Source: Spirochaetota bacterium (GTDB lineage: Bacteria; Spirochaetota; UBA6919; CBDBPB01). Taken from it: a stretch of 64,000 bases of DNA. Both the position numbers and the translations under genes were made by a program. Under the pieces are notes generated by a model, which was not told the DNA's origin, did no database searches, and was given only the letters and a program-made list of their open reading frames with translations. How positions within the stretch are numbered: position 1 is the first letter of the stretch; every line of letters starts with the position of its first letter. Positions 52,123 to 61,740 of this stretch are shown in pieces. The stretch covers positions 541,234-605,233 of the forward strand of contig CBDBPB010000004.1 of assembly GCA_965208615.1 (NCBI GenBank), written 5' to 3'.

Positions 52123-52956
52123 ATGTCGAGTATTTATAGTCGTATTTACGTTTGGGAATGGCCTGTTAGGTTCTTTCATTGGCTTAACGTAGCCTGTATT
52201 ATTTTGTTGGCTGGTACTGGTTATCTTATTAGTGAGCCTATTAAACTATCCGTTGCTAATGAGGCATATAATCAGTACTGGTTTGGGACAATAAGGTTTA
52301 TCCATTTTAGTACAGCCTATGTTTTTACATTTAACTTAATATTCCGTTTATATTGGGGGTTTGTGGGTAACAAGTATTCCAAGTGGACTAATTTTGTTCC
52401 TCATAATGTCAATCAGTTTAAGGAGTCTGGTCAGATTTTAAAGATGGATATATTTTTAGCTGATCCTAAGACCAAGCTTACTATTGGACACAATAGTTTA
52501 GCGTCTCTTATTTATTTTATTATTTTTATTGCATCGATATTTCAGGTACTTACAGGCTTTACACTTTATAGTGATAATAGTCCCTTGATATTCCAAAGGG
52601 TATTTATTGGAGTTATTGCTCTTGGAATAGCTGGAGTATTGTGGCGATATTTTAATGATAAAACGAATCTTCAAAACTTTTTAGCTTTATTTATTGCTAT
52701 TCTAATAGCTATAGCCTTATATTTTGTTATGTATTTTATCTTTGGATGGCTTGTTGCAGACGGAGGTGCAAAGGTTATTTTTGGTGCTGACTCTATGCTT
52801 AAGAGACTACATAATTATACAATGTGGGTATTTTTGTTATTTTTCATTTCCCATGTTTATCTTGTTTTCTATCACGATTATGTAGAAGGACGTGGTGTTG
52901 CCTCATCTATGATTGGTGGATGGAAGTTTATAAAAAAAGGTGAAGAAGATAAATAG
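52123..52956 (+). CDS. hyaC: Ni/Fe-hydrogenase b-type cytochrome subunit
   Basis: YVWEWPVRFFHW, RFIHF, GHNSLA, SHVY, SSMIGGWK. Confidence 0.9.
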   Translation: MSSIYSRIYVWEWPVRFFHWLNVACIILLAGTGYLISEPIKLSVANEAYNQYWFGTIRFIHFSTAYVFTFNLIFRLYWGFVGNKYSKWTNFVPHNVNQFKESGQILKMDIFLADPKTKLTIGHNSLASLIYFIIFIASIFQVLTGFTLYSDNSPLIFQRVFIGVIALGIAGVLWRYFNDKTNLQNFLALFIAILIAIALYFVMYFIFGWLVADGGAKVIFGADSMLKRLHNYTMWVFLLFFISHVYLVFYHDYVEGRGVASSMIGGWKFIKKGEEDK

Positions 52957-53460
52957 TTGGATTATAAGGAGATAAGCTTGATAGATGAGTTAGACGAGTT
53001 ATATGAGGTGCTTGTTTTAGGTTTAGGTAATATGTTGATGGGTGATGAAGCCGCTGGTATTGAGGTTATAAAGTTTTTAGAGAATAGTGGAAATCCGTCT
53101 GGAGTTTATTATCTTGATGGTGGTACTGGTACATTTGATCTTCTTGATCCTATGGAGAGGGCAAAGAATATTATTTTAGTTGATGCTTCTATTGATAATG
53201 ATCTTAGTCCTGGAACGATTACCAGGCTTAAGCCGAAGTTTTCTTCTGACTATCCTATAAGTTTATCTGGGCATGAGCTTGGTCTTAAGGATCTTTTAAA
53301 TGCTTTTTATCTTTGCGGAGGAGCAAGGGAAAGAGTTATATTATATACCATTAGTATCAACTTACCCAGTGGGCTTAAGATTGGTTTATCTTCTAAGGTT
53401 GAGGAGGCTATACCAAAAGTTGCTAAAAAGGTTCGCGATGAAGTTAATAGTTATTTATAG
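52957..53460 (+). CDS. hyaD: hydrogenase maturation protease
   Basis: GLGNMLMGDEAAG, DGGT, VDA, SGHE. Confidence 0.88.
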   Translation: MDYKEISLIDELDELYEVLVLGLGNMLMGDEAAGIEVIKFLENSGNPSGVYYLDGGTGTFDLLDPMERAKNIILVDASIDNDLSPGTITRLKPKFSSDYPISLSGHELGLKDLLNAFYLCGGARERVILYTISINLPSGLKIGLSSKVEEAIPKVAKKVRDEVNSYL

Positions 53461-53550
53461 ATATAGGTTTTTATTTTATTATAGGCAGTGCTTTTTTAAG
53501 CACTGTTTTTTTTTGTTATTATTATTTTCTTAATAGCTAACCAGCATAAT

Positions 53551-54009
53551 AGTATGTTATTGTAAAGAGGTTTTAGTAGTTTAGTTTTTATGATTGTTAT
53601 TTATTCATAGAGGATTAGGTATATTTTTTTGAAGTTTTACATATAAAGTAAATATGTAATATTTAAATAATCCGCTCTACACCTTTATAGAACTGCAAAC
53701 TCTTTAACACTTAATAAAGGTATATAATTCTTAGTCTCAGTAAGGGATTCTTAATAGCTCTCGTAGTGATGATAACTTGCATAAAAAGCATTTTTTGTGT
53801 TAATTACTGAATCATTTAAGCAGCATTTCAAGAGCATATAAGGATAAAGCTTATGACACAAGAAAATAACTTTTACATAAATATTTTAACTTTCCTGTTC
53901 CATAAAGAGATCTAAAATCCATTTAGCTTTACGTTATATGTCTTACTTTTTACGTTGTATGTCCAGTCATAACTCTGTCATAAAATGATAACCTAAATTA
54001 TCAAAAAAA
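53551..54009 (-). ncRNA. dispersed structured non-coding element, copy C
   Basis: Reverse complement aligns with copies A and B; same helices kept with G.U pairs. Confidence 0.65.
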
Positions 54010-54035
54010 TACCTTGTTAGAACATCTTTTGACAA

Positions 54036-54767
54036 CTATAACTTTAAACGCTTGAAAATAAACTCCGGAATATGAATGATAATGAGCATAATCCATCTCC
54101 AGAAAAATGGTAAGTAAACTACACTTTTATTTTTATCAATTGCCCTATGTATACCCTTTGCAACAGCTTCTGGACTCGCAAATAAAAAACCTTTCTTCAT
54201 CTTAGCTGTCATGGGAGTGTCTACAAAACCAGGCTTAACAGTAATTACATTTATACCAAATGGATATAATCGATTTCTTAACCCTTGCAGTAAAGTAGTA
54301 GTCGCTGACTTCGCTGTTCCATATATGTAATTACTCTGTCGTCCACGATCTCCTGCTACAGAAGAAATTACTGCAATACATCCTCTTTTCTTTTTCTCTA
54401 ATTCATTGGCAATAATAGTAAGGAGAGATAGAATACTTAAAAAATTAGTTTTTATTTCTTGTTCTGCAAGGTTAAAATCTTGTTCACATACTTTTTGATC
54501 ACCCAGTGTCCCATGGGCTATTAATACAACATCAATATCCGACATATTGGCTTTTTCAATGAGATCATTATGTTTTTCTATGTTATTTAAATCAGCAACT
54601 TCATAATCCACCTTAGAAGCCCCTCTTACAAGCAAATCATCCTTAAGGGTAATTAGCTTGTCTTTATTCCTGGCTATTAAAAATAACTCCTTATTTTTTA
54701 AAGCAAATAACCTAGCTGCCTCAGTCGCAATGGCTGAATTAGCACCAATAATTAAAATCTTTTTCAT
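54036..54767 (-). CDS. SDR oxidoreductase, DprE2-like
   Basis: IIGANSAIA, SSVAGDRGRQSNYIYGTAK, KPGFVDTPMT. Confidence 0.85.
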   Translation of the reverse strand: MKKILIIGANSAIATEAARLFALKNKELFLIARNKDKLITLKDDLLVRGASKVDYEVADLNNIEKHNDLIEKANMSDIDVVLIAHGTLGDQKVCEQDFNLAEQEIKTNFLSILSLLTIIANELEKKKRGCIAVISSVAGDRGRQSNYIYGTAKSATTTLLQGLRNRLYPFGINVITVKPGFVDTPMTAKMKKGFLFASPEAVAKGIHRAIDKNKSVVYLPFFWRWIMLIIIHIPEFIFKRLKL

Positions 54768-54784
54768 AATATACCCCTCTGTTT

Positions 54785-56083
54785 TTATGATGTAACTCTT
54801 CTCCAAAAACTTGATGAAAACTGTGGATCAATATATTTAGCAAACTCATTCCATTTAGGATAAAATGATTGAAAATGCCTAGAACTCATTATCGCATCCT
54901 TAGCCGGATAAATAGAACCTTCATGCTCTGTTACCATATCAGAAAGCCTTTTAAGAAGCTTTAAGGTTTGACTTTCCTTATTAGGAAAATCTAAGGCTAT
55001 AGTAATACCTTCTTTTGGAAAAGAGAGCATTCCAGGCGACACAATATTACCAAACTGCTTTAGTACAACAAGAAAAGAACCTTTGCCAGACTTGGATATA
55101 GCCTGCAAAATAGGTTTAATGGCTTTGTTAGGAACAACACATTGAAATTGAAAAAAACCTTGTTTTCCATACATTCTATTCCAATTATCTATGTTATCCA
55201 AAGGATAAAAAAAAGAAGAATAATAGACTAAAGCTTTTGACTTTTTTTTGAGCTGTTTATTATAATAAAAAAAATTGAATAACTTAATATTCCATTTACT
55301 CAATAAAAAACTAGGAGCTGTTATTGGAAAATTAATAGGGCTTAGCTTAGGCTCTTTAGGAAGTTCATCAGGAGCCTTTTGTGAATGATTTCCCCTCATA
55401 AAAATCCCTTTCCCTAAAGAACTGCCTTTTGATAAACAATCTATCCACGAAACAGTATATTCATAACTTTTATCTGATTGACTCGATAAATCAAAGAATT
55501 CATCAATGTTCTTAAACTTGATTGATTCCATATCAATAAAAGGATTTTCTATCTTTCGTAATTGTATTTCTGCCCATAAGATAAGCCCAGTAAGGCCTAA
55601 GCCACCTATAGTCGCTTTAAACAAGTCAGAATTACTATTTTCAGAACAAACTAAATGAGTTCCATCAGATCTAACTAATTCAAATTGCTTAACAAAATTA
55701 CCAAAGGTACCAACTCGATGATGGTTTTTACCATGAACATCATTTGCAATAGCTCCTCCAACAGATACATGCTGAGTTCCTGGAGTAACAGCTAAAAACC
55801 AACCTTTATTAATCCCAATAGCTAAAATCTCTTTTAGAGTTACACCGCTCTCACACCTTAATATACCATTTTTAGAATCAAAAGAAATAAAATTATCTAA
55901 CCTTTTATTAGATAAAAGTACTCCGTTTTCGTTTAAACAACTGTCTCCATAACTCCTTCCCTGTCCATAGGGCAACATCTTAAAAGATGTTATAGGAAGA
56001 ATATCATCTGATAAACAGTCTATCTCATGGATAAGCTTATGTTTTACCTTTGGGTAACGTCCCCATGAAAGCAAGTCGGACAT
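54785..56083 (-). CDS. FAD-linked oxidase, DprE1-like (polyprenylphosphoryl-ribose 2'-oxidase)
   Basis: GRSYGD, VTPGT, GGAIANDVHGKNHH, YPAKD. Confidence 0.85.
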   Translation of the reverse strand: MSDLLSWGRYPKVKHKLIHEIDCLSDDILPITSFKMLPYGQGRSYGDSCLNENGVLLSNKRLDNFISFDSKNGILRCESGVTLKEILAIGINKGWFLAVTPGTQHVSVGGAIANDVHGKNHHRVGTFGNFVKQFELVRSDGTHLVCSENSNSDLFKATIGGLGLTGLILWAEIQLRKIENPFIDMESIKFKNIDEFFDLSSQSDKSYEYTVSWIDCLSKGSSLGKGIFMRGNHSQKAPDELPKEPKLSPINFPITAPSFLLSKWNIKLFNFFYYNKQLKKKSKALVYYSSFFYPLDNIDNWNRMYGKQGFFQFQCVVPNKAIKPILQAISKSGKGSFLVVLKQFGNIVSPGMLSFPKEGITIALDFPNKESQTLKLLKRLSDMVTEHEGSIYPAKDAIMSSRHFQSFYPKWNEFAKYIDPQFSSSFWRRVTS

Positions 56084-56095
56084 ATAAATTCCTCT

Positions 56096-57523
56096 TTAAA
56101 TAGAAAAGATTATGATTATTACTGTTAAAAGTCCAATAAAATAGCTTGTCTTATCTTCTAAGGCATAAACAACAGGATCAATACGTATTCTATTTCTTCT
56201 AGCTAAAAGCCATAATCGACTAATCCAAAATAAAAGAAGTGGACAAATAGCCCATAAAATAGCACTATTAGAATAAAGAGCTTTTACATCTACGCTATTT
56301 AAATATAACGCCATTACTAATACAGAGATATAGCCACTAGATGTTCCAAAAATAGCTATTTGTTCTATATCTTTATTATAATAGCCTCGTCCTATTAACC
56401 TCTTTCTATAACCCTTTTTTATGTTTAATTGAAGCTCTGAAAACCTCTTTACACAAGCTAAACTTAAAAAAAAGAACATAGAAAACACTAAAAGCCATTC
56501 TGTAAGATTTACATCTATAGCTACAGCACCAGCAAAGATACGAATAGTATATAAAGTAGCTAATAAAATAATATCTAGTACGACTAATTTTTTAATATGA
56601 AGAGAATAAACAATAGTACATATTAAATAAGTTATAATTATTAATTGAAAGTTAAGATTTAAATAAAATAAGCTTAAAAAAATCCCAATAGCAATTAACA
56701 ATGGAGCTAAAACTATCCCCCATATTATGGATAGGTCACCTGAGGCAAAAGGACGCTCTTTTTTAGTGGGATGCTGTCTATCGGATTCAATATCCATTAA
56801 ATCATTGATAATATAAGTCCCAGAAGCTATAAAGCTAAAAGCTAAAAATCCTAATATAGCTTTCTCTAATCTATCCCATTGGAAGATAGTATGACTTAAT
56901 ATGAGAGGTACAAAAATTAGTACGTTTTTTAACCATTGATGAATTCTAATAGTCTTTAGTAAAACTTTAATAAGATTTCTTTCTTTTAAAAATACCTTTG
57001 AGAAATTAATACTTTTTGAACACTTTTCAATAAACTTTTTACTATGAGAAACAATAAGAGCATTACGAGAGTTTAGCCAAATTTTAAAGTCTATCTTTTC
57101 GTTACCTATATAATCAAAAAGTTTTTTTCCAAAGTTTTCTTCCAAGGTCCTCAGCTTAAACTCTCCAGAAAGATTTACTCTACCATTACTGGCCAATATA
57201 TTATCAAATAGTCCAACCTTATTGGCAATCTTTTCAGCAATATTAATGTCTGAGGCAGTGGCTAAAACAATCTTTCTACCTTTTTTATGTTCATCTTCTA
57301 AAAAAGCTAATAACTCCTCGTTAAAAGGTAAAATAGAAGGATTAATAGATACCCTTTTAATAATCTGTTCTTTTAGAAATGCCTTACCTTTTAACAACCA
57401 AATAGGTAAAATAAAAAAATAAAGTAAGTTTTTTTTTAATAAAAGCAATGCACTTTCTATAAGTATATCAGTTTTTATTAGAGTGCCATCCAGATCGACA
57501 CATAAAGGTATTTCTTTGCTCAT
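56096..57523 (-). CDS. HAD-fused UbiA-family polyprenyl-phosphate phosphoribosyltransferase
   Basis: VDLDGTL HAD motif; RIHQWLKN, YIINDLMDIESDRQHPTKKERPFASG. Confidence 0.88.
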   Translation of the reverse strand: MSKEIPLCVDLDGTLIKTDILIESALLLLKKNLLYFFILPIWLLKGKAFLKEQIIKRVSINPSILPFNEELLAFLEDEHKKGRKIVLATASDINIAEKIANKVGLFDNILASNGRVNLSGEFKLRTLEENFGKKLFDYIGNEKIDFKIWLNSRNALIVSHSKKFIEKCSKSINFSKVFLKERNLIKVLLKTIRIHQWLKNVLIFVPLILSHTIFQWDRLEKAILGFLAFSFIASGTYIINDLMDIESDRQHPTKKERPFASGDLSIIWGIVLAPLLIAIGIFLSLFYLNLNFQLIIITYLICTIVYSLHIKKLVVLDIILLATLYTIRIFAGAVAIDVNLTEWLLVFSMFFFLSLACVKRFSELQLNIKKGYRKRLIGRGYYNKDIEQIAIFGTSSGYISVLVMALYLNSVDVKALYSNSAILWAICPLLLFWISRLWLLARRNRIRIDPVVYALEDKTSYFIGLLTVIIIIFSI

Positions 57524-57573
57524 AGTAGACCTTATTTTTGTATATAAATTAGTTTAACTTAGTTGTGCTAATA

Positions 57574-58257
57574 TTAACTATGTAGAAAAAGTACAATTAA
57601 CTCCTTTGGGCCATGGACACCATGAGTTAATTCAAATTCTATATCAGCGGTTTTTGAAGGACCTGATACTAAAACAATATTAGTAGGCATATTATTTGTC
57701 CAGCTCTCTTTTTCTATGACTTCCAAAAAGGTATTATAAAGTTTAGCAGTGTCTAGAATAGCTATGTGTATTGGAGGTACTAATGACATAAGTCTTGGCT
57801 CCTCTTTTGTAGGCCAAATAATAATAGAACCCGTATCTGCTATTCCACCCTTTGTAGTAGTTATAGAGGCATCTAAACTAAATAGTCTCTTTTTAAAGCT
57901 GTCAATACTATCAGGATATGGAACAAGTTCAATATTACTTTCACCCATGCTATCAGATAGTATTTTACCAATATTTGTTTCAAGAGAATATAATAAAGTT
58001 TTGACTTCTTTTTTATGTAAAATACCTAAAACATCTTTAGCAATATCTTTATTATTTGTGTCATAAACCTCTGCATGGTGTACGTTAGTTAATAAGTCTT
58101 TCATTCGATCGATCTTATTAGTGGTAAAAAACCTATTACTATTATATAAGGCGTTACAATATAATGTATTATAATCATTATCCATTAAAATACTTTTATT
58201 AAACTTACTTTTTTTAAGACGGGATAAAATGTTAACTTTAGCACTAGCCATAATCAA
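57574..58257 (-). CDS. lutC: lactate utilization protein C (LUD domain)
   Basis: IADTGS, SLVPPIHIA, SGPSKTADIE..L.HGVHGP. Confidence 0.85.
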   Translation of the reverse strand: MIMASAKVNILSRLKKSKFNKSILMDNDYNTLYCNALYNSNRFFTTNKIDRMKDLLTNVHHAEVYDTNNKDIAKDVLGILHKKEVKTLLYSLETNIGKILSDSMGESNIELVPYPDSIDSFKKRLFSLDASITTTKGGIADTGSIIIWPTKEEPRLMSLVPPIHIAILDTAKLYNTFLEVIEKESWTNNMPTNIVLVSGPSKTADIEFELTHGVHGPKELIVLFLHS

Positions 58258-59656
58258 TATCCTCTTTTTTAAGCATTTTAGTAAGTGATTCCTTAGCCAG
58301 CTTAGGTGTTTTTCTAAATCTATTCCAATCTTTTAAAGGACCAAAATTAAGAGGTATTTTATGAGCCAATGGTCCAGCTAAACTAACGAAAATCCTATAT
58401 AGCTTTGGGGATGAGTATAGCCATTTCCATGCCTTCCATACAATACCCTCAATGAACTTTTTATTAGAATCCTTAATAGCCCCTTTTTTTAGTACCTGAT
58501 GTCTTAGTTTAATAAGTATTTCGGATAAGGGGATTTTAACGGGACAAACCTCTGAGCAGGCACCACACAAGGTTGAGGCAGTTGGTAATTCATCAGCTTT
58601 TTTAGCACCCTCCATCATGGTAGTAAGGATTTTACCAATAGGACCAGAATAAACGTATCCATAACCGTGTCCCCCTATAGCTAAGTATATTGGACAGTGA
58701 TTTAAACATGCACCACAGCGTATACACAATAACACTTTTTGGATTTCTGGATTAGCGTATATCTCAGAACGCCCATTATCCAGTATGACTAAGTGGACTT
58801 CATTAGGGCCATCTTTTTCTTCATCCTTTTTAGGAGAGGTAATCATATTAAAATAAGTGGTAATAGATTGTCCAGTAGCTGATCTAGTCAATAGACTAAG
58901 GAGTATGGGGACGTCTTCTAGTTTTTCAACTACTTTTTCGATACCCATAACGGCTATATGCACTGGAGGAAGGCTGGTACACATACGTCCATTGCCTTCA
59001 TTTTCCACCAAACAAAGGGTACCAGTATTGGCAACGGCAAAGTTAACGCCGCTGAGGCCAATTTGTGCATCAATAAACTTTTTTCTAAGTTTATCTCTAG
59101 CTATTGCAACAATATCTTTTATATTTTCGTTATATTTAACCCCTAGTTTATCCTCGAATATTTTAGCTACCTGAGATCTATTTTTATGAATAGCGGGTAC
59201 TATAATGTGATAGGGGCTTTCACCTGCTAGTTGAATTATATATTCGCCAAGATCTGACTCTATAGACTCAATTTCATTGTTATTCAAGAAGTCGTTTATG
59301 TGTATCTCTTCGGATACCATAGATTTTCCTTTAACAAGCTTATTGGCATTATGTTTTTTAACAATATTTAATATAATATTATTAGCCTCATCAGGGGTTT
59401 CTGCCCAGTGTACTTTTATACCGTTTTTTTTACAATTTTTTTCAAGTTTTTCGAGTAGTTCGGGGAGATTACTAATAGCTCTTATTTTTATGTAGTTAGC
59501 CAAGTTACGAAGGGCTTCTAGTTCTTTTTTATTTGTGAATGCTTCTTTTCGATGTTTAACGAGATCATCCATAACCCATCTAAAGTTGGCTCGTAAATAT
59601 CTATTTTTAAGTTCTTTTTTAACTCTGGCCTTAAATTCGCTAATCTTTTTTGGCAT
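58244..59656 (-). CDS. lutB: lactate utilization iron-sulfur protein B
   Basis: KSMVSEE, DLGEYI, ENEGNGR, CIRCGACLNHCP, CGACSEVCPVKI. Confidence 0.9.
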   Translation of the reverse strand: MPKKISEFKARVKKELKNRYLRANFRWVMDDLVKHRKEAFTNKKELEALRNLANYIKIRAISNLPELLEKLEKNCKKNGIKVHWAETPDEANNIILNIVKKHNANKLVKGKSMVSEEIHINDFLNNNEIESIESDLGEYIIQLAGESPYHIIVPAIHKNRSQVAKIFEDKLGVKYNENIKDIVAIARDKLRKKFIDAQIGLSGVNFAVANTGTLCLVENEGNGRMCTSLPPVHIAVMGIEKVVEKLEDVPILLSLLTRSATGQSITTYFNMITSPKKDEEKDGPNEVHLVILDNGRSEIYANPEIQKVLLCIRCGACLNHCPIYLAIGGHGYGYVYSGPIGKILTTMMEGAKKADELPTASTLCGACSEVCPVKIPLSEILIKLRHQVLKKGAIKDSNKKFIEGIVWKAWKWLYSSPKLYRIFVSLAGPLAHKIPLNFGPLKDWNRFRKTPKLAKESLTKMLKKEDIDYG

Positions 59657-60404
59657 TAGTACGCTCCCACAAGAAATTTGCTATATGTTCAGTAGGTAAT
59701 ATAATCTCCATTTTTTTTATAGAGCCGTCAATGTTCAATAAGCACCCGCATTCACTAGCCAGCAGTATATCAGCAGATGATTTAACAGCGTCAATGACTT
59801 TATCATGAACGATAACAGCAGATATTTCTGGATGTTTTATAGAAAAGGTTCCCCCAAATCCACAGCATTCTTTTTCTCTTTCTATTTCTATTAGTTCTAC
59901 ATTTTTTAGTTGTCTTAATAGAGCTTTAGGTTCATCAACTATATTCATTGCCCTAGAGGCTTGACAGGATGTATGCCATACGGCTTTTATTGGAGGGCCT
60001 AGATCTTCTAGGTTGATTTTTAGTGAGTGTACTAAAAACTCAGTAAACTCATAAACTCTTGAAGCAACGTTTTCAACTATTGGCAAGAAGGGGTCATTTT
60101 CGAATAGTTTTATGGCATGATTTTTTAACATGGATGCGCATGATGATGAGGGTACAATAATAGGGTAGTCTTTATAGAACAATTTTATTTGTTTTTTTAT
60201 AACGGATTTAGCTTCTTTCCAGTATCCCGAGTTAAAGGCTGGTTGACTACAGCAAGTCTGATTTTTGGGATAGATAACTTTTATAGATTCTCTTTTTAGT
60301 AATTTAACTGCAGATAGTCCGATTTTCGGTGATAATAAGTTAACAAGACAGGTGCTATAGAAGTATACAGCATCTGGTTTTTTAGGATAATTTTTTATTT
60401 TCAT
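59640..60404 (-). CDS. lutA: lactate utilization protein A (CCG domains)
   Basis: QTCCSQPAFNSG, SCA, ECCGFGGTFS. Confidence 0.9.
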   Translation of the reverse strand: MKIKNYPKKPDAVYFYSTCLVNLLSPKIGLSAVKLLKRESIKVIYPKNQTCCSQPAFNSGYWKEAKSVIKKQIKLFYKDYPIIVPSSSCASMLKNHAIKLFENDPFLPIVENVASRVYEFTEFLVHSLKINLEDLGPPIKAVWHTSCQASRAMNIVDEPKALLRQLKNVELIEIEREKECCGFGGTFSIKHPEISAVIVHDKVIDAVKSSADILLASECGCLLNIDGSIKKMEIILPTEHIANFLWERTNAKKD

Positions 60405-60813
60405 ATATTTAGAGCCATCATAGGGATTATATAGATATTTTAGCTTTAATAATTCGTTATAACACTTATTTAAAGTAGCTATTTAAGAGTTAAAATAAAT
60501 TATTAAATTTGAGTTTTTATTTAAAGGTAATACAAAAAACTTTTATAAGGATAATTTTTTTTTGCTATGCAATGAAAGTGAGCATAATTATTTTCTTAAT
60601 ATATTGTTAGGAAGGCTATAGTAGATATTGTTATGGGATTTTTCATTAAATTAAGTTTTTAATACGGAGGTAGAGGGTCTATTTTAATGTTGTTATTAAT
60701 CATCCTATTTATTGTAAAAGGGTTTTAAGGGTCATATTATTTTTATATTTGTTTAGGAGTATATATTGTTATTAAGCTTTTTGATATTGGTTAGGGTATA
60801 TGTATTCCAATGT

Positions 60814-60875
60814 ATACTTTTTTGAAGTTTTACACATGAGGTTTTAGGTGTATTATTGTAAAGAGGATCTGGCAG
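60814..60875 (-). repeat. rearranged exact duplications of the 3' tail of element copy D
   Basis: 60842-60875 = 60938-60971 (34 bp) and 60814-60837 = 61013-61036 (24 bp). Confidence 0.8.
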
Positions 60876-60937
60876 GTTGGTAGTTAATTTTGCTATATAC
60901 TGGTGTAATGTGATTAAGATTTAGGTATTACTATTTA

Positions 60938-61407
60938 TTTTAGGTGTATTATTGTAAAGAGGATCTGGCAGTTTACTTTTTATAGTTGTTATTTATTTAT
61001 AGAGGGTTAAGCATACTTTTTTGAAGTTTTACACATAACGTCAACATATAATATTTAAACAATCCGCTCTACGCCTTTATGGAACTGCAAATCCGTTAAC
61101 ACTTAATAAAGGTCTATAATTCTTAGTTCCAGTGAGGGATTCTTAATAGCTCTCGTAATGATGACTACTTGCATAAAAAGTGATATTTTGTGTTAATTAC
61201 TAAAGTATTTAAACAGCACTTAAAGAGCATATAGGGATAACCTGCTTGACACAGGAAAATAACTTTTCCATGAATATCTAATTCTAACTTACTTTCCTGT
61301 TCCACAAAGAGATATAAAATACATCCGCCTTTACGTTATATGTCTTACCTTTTACCTTATACGCTTTGCCGTAACTTTGTCATAAGATGATAACTAAATT
61401 ATCATAA
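60938..61407 (-). ncRNA. dispersed structured non-coding element, copy D
   Basis: Reverse complement aligns with copies A and B; ACATATAACGT/ACGTTATGTGT helix; short insertion confined to a hairpin loop. Confidence 0.65.
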
Positions 61408-61517
61408 AAAAGAAGAGCCGTCCTCCCCTTAATTTTAACAAAAAAATAAATATACTTGCTCGTCCGACTTAAAGTCTAAGCGTACAAGTTTATATGCATG
61501 TCTATTTTCAACAACCT
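61403..61517 (-). pseudogene. decayed 3' remnant and terminator of a Pmp-like repeat gene
   Basis: Minus strand reads VVENRHAYKLVRLDFKSDEQ versus intact VVKVDNTYKLVKSNLESG, then TTAAGGGGAGGACGGCTCTTCTTTTTT. Confidence 0.65.
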
Positions 61518-61740
61518 AAACTTGATGAAGTATCCGTTATACTAAACTATTACATATTATGTATAGGTATGCCAATTGGGAATATTAAAACCTCTTATTA
61601 AAATATAGCTATCCCCTTTGAAATAGGTTTAAGTACTTTTTTTAGTTGTACTTTTCCCTGAGATTGATTGCCTTATAGTAGATTTATTTTTAAATGATAT
61701 AGCTTTATATGCGTTGGCCTATTAGAGCTTAACGTTTTAA

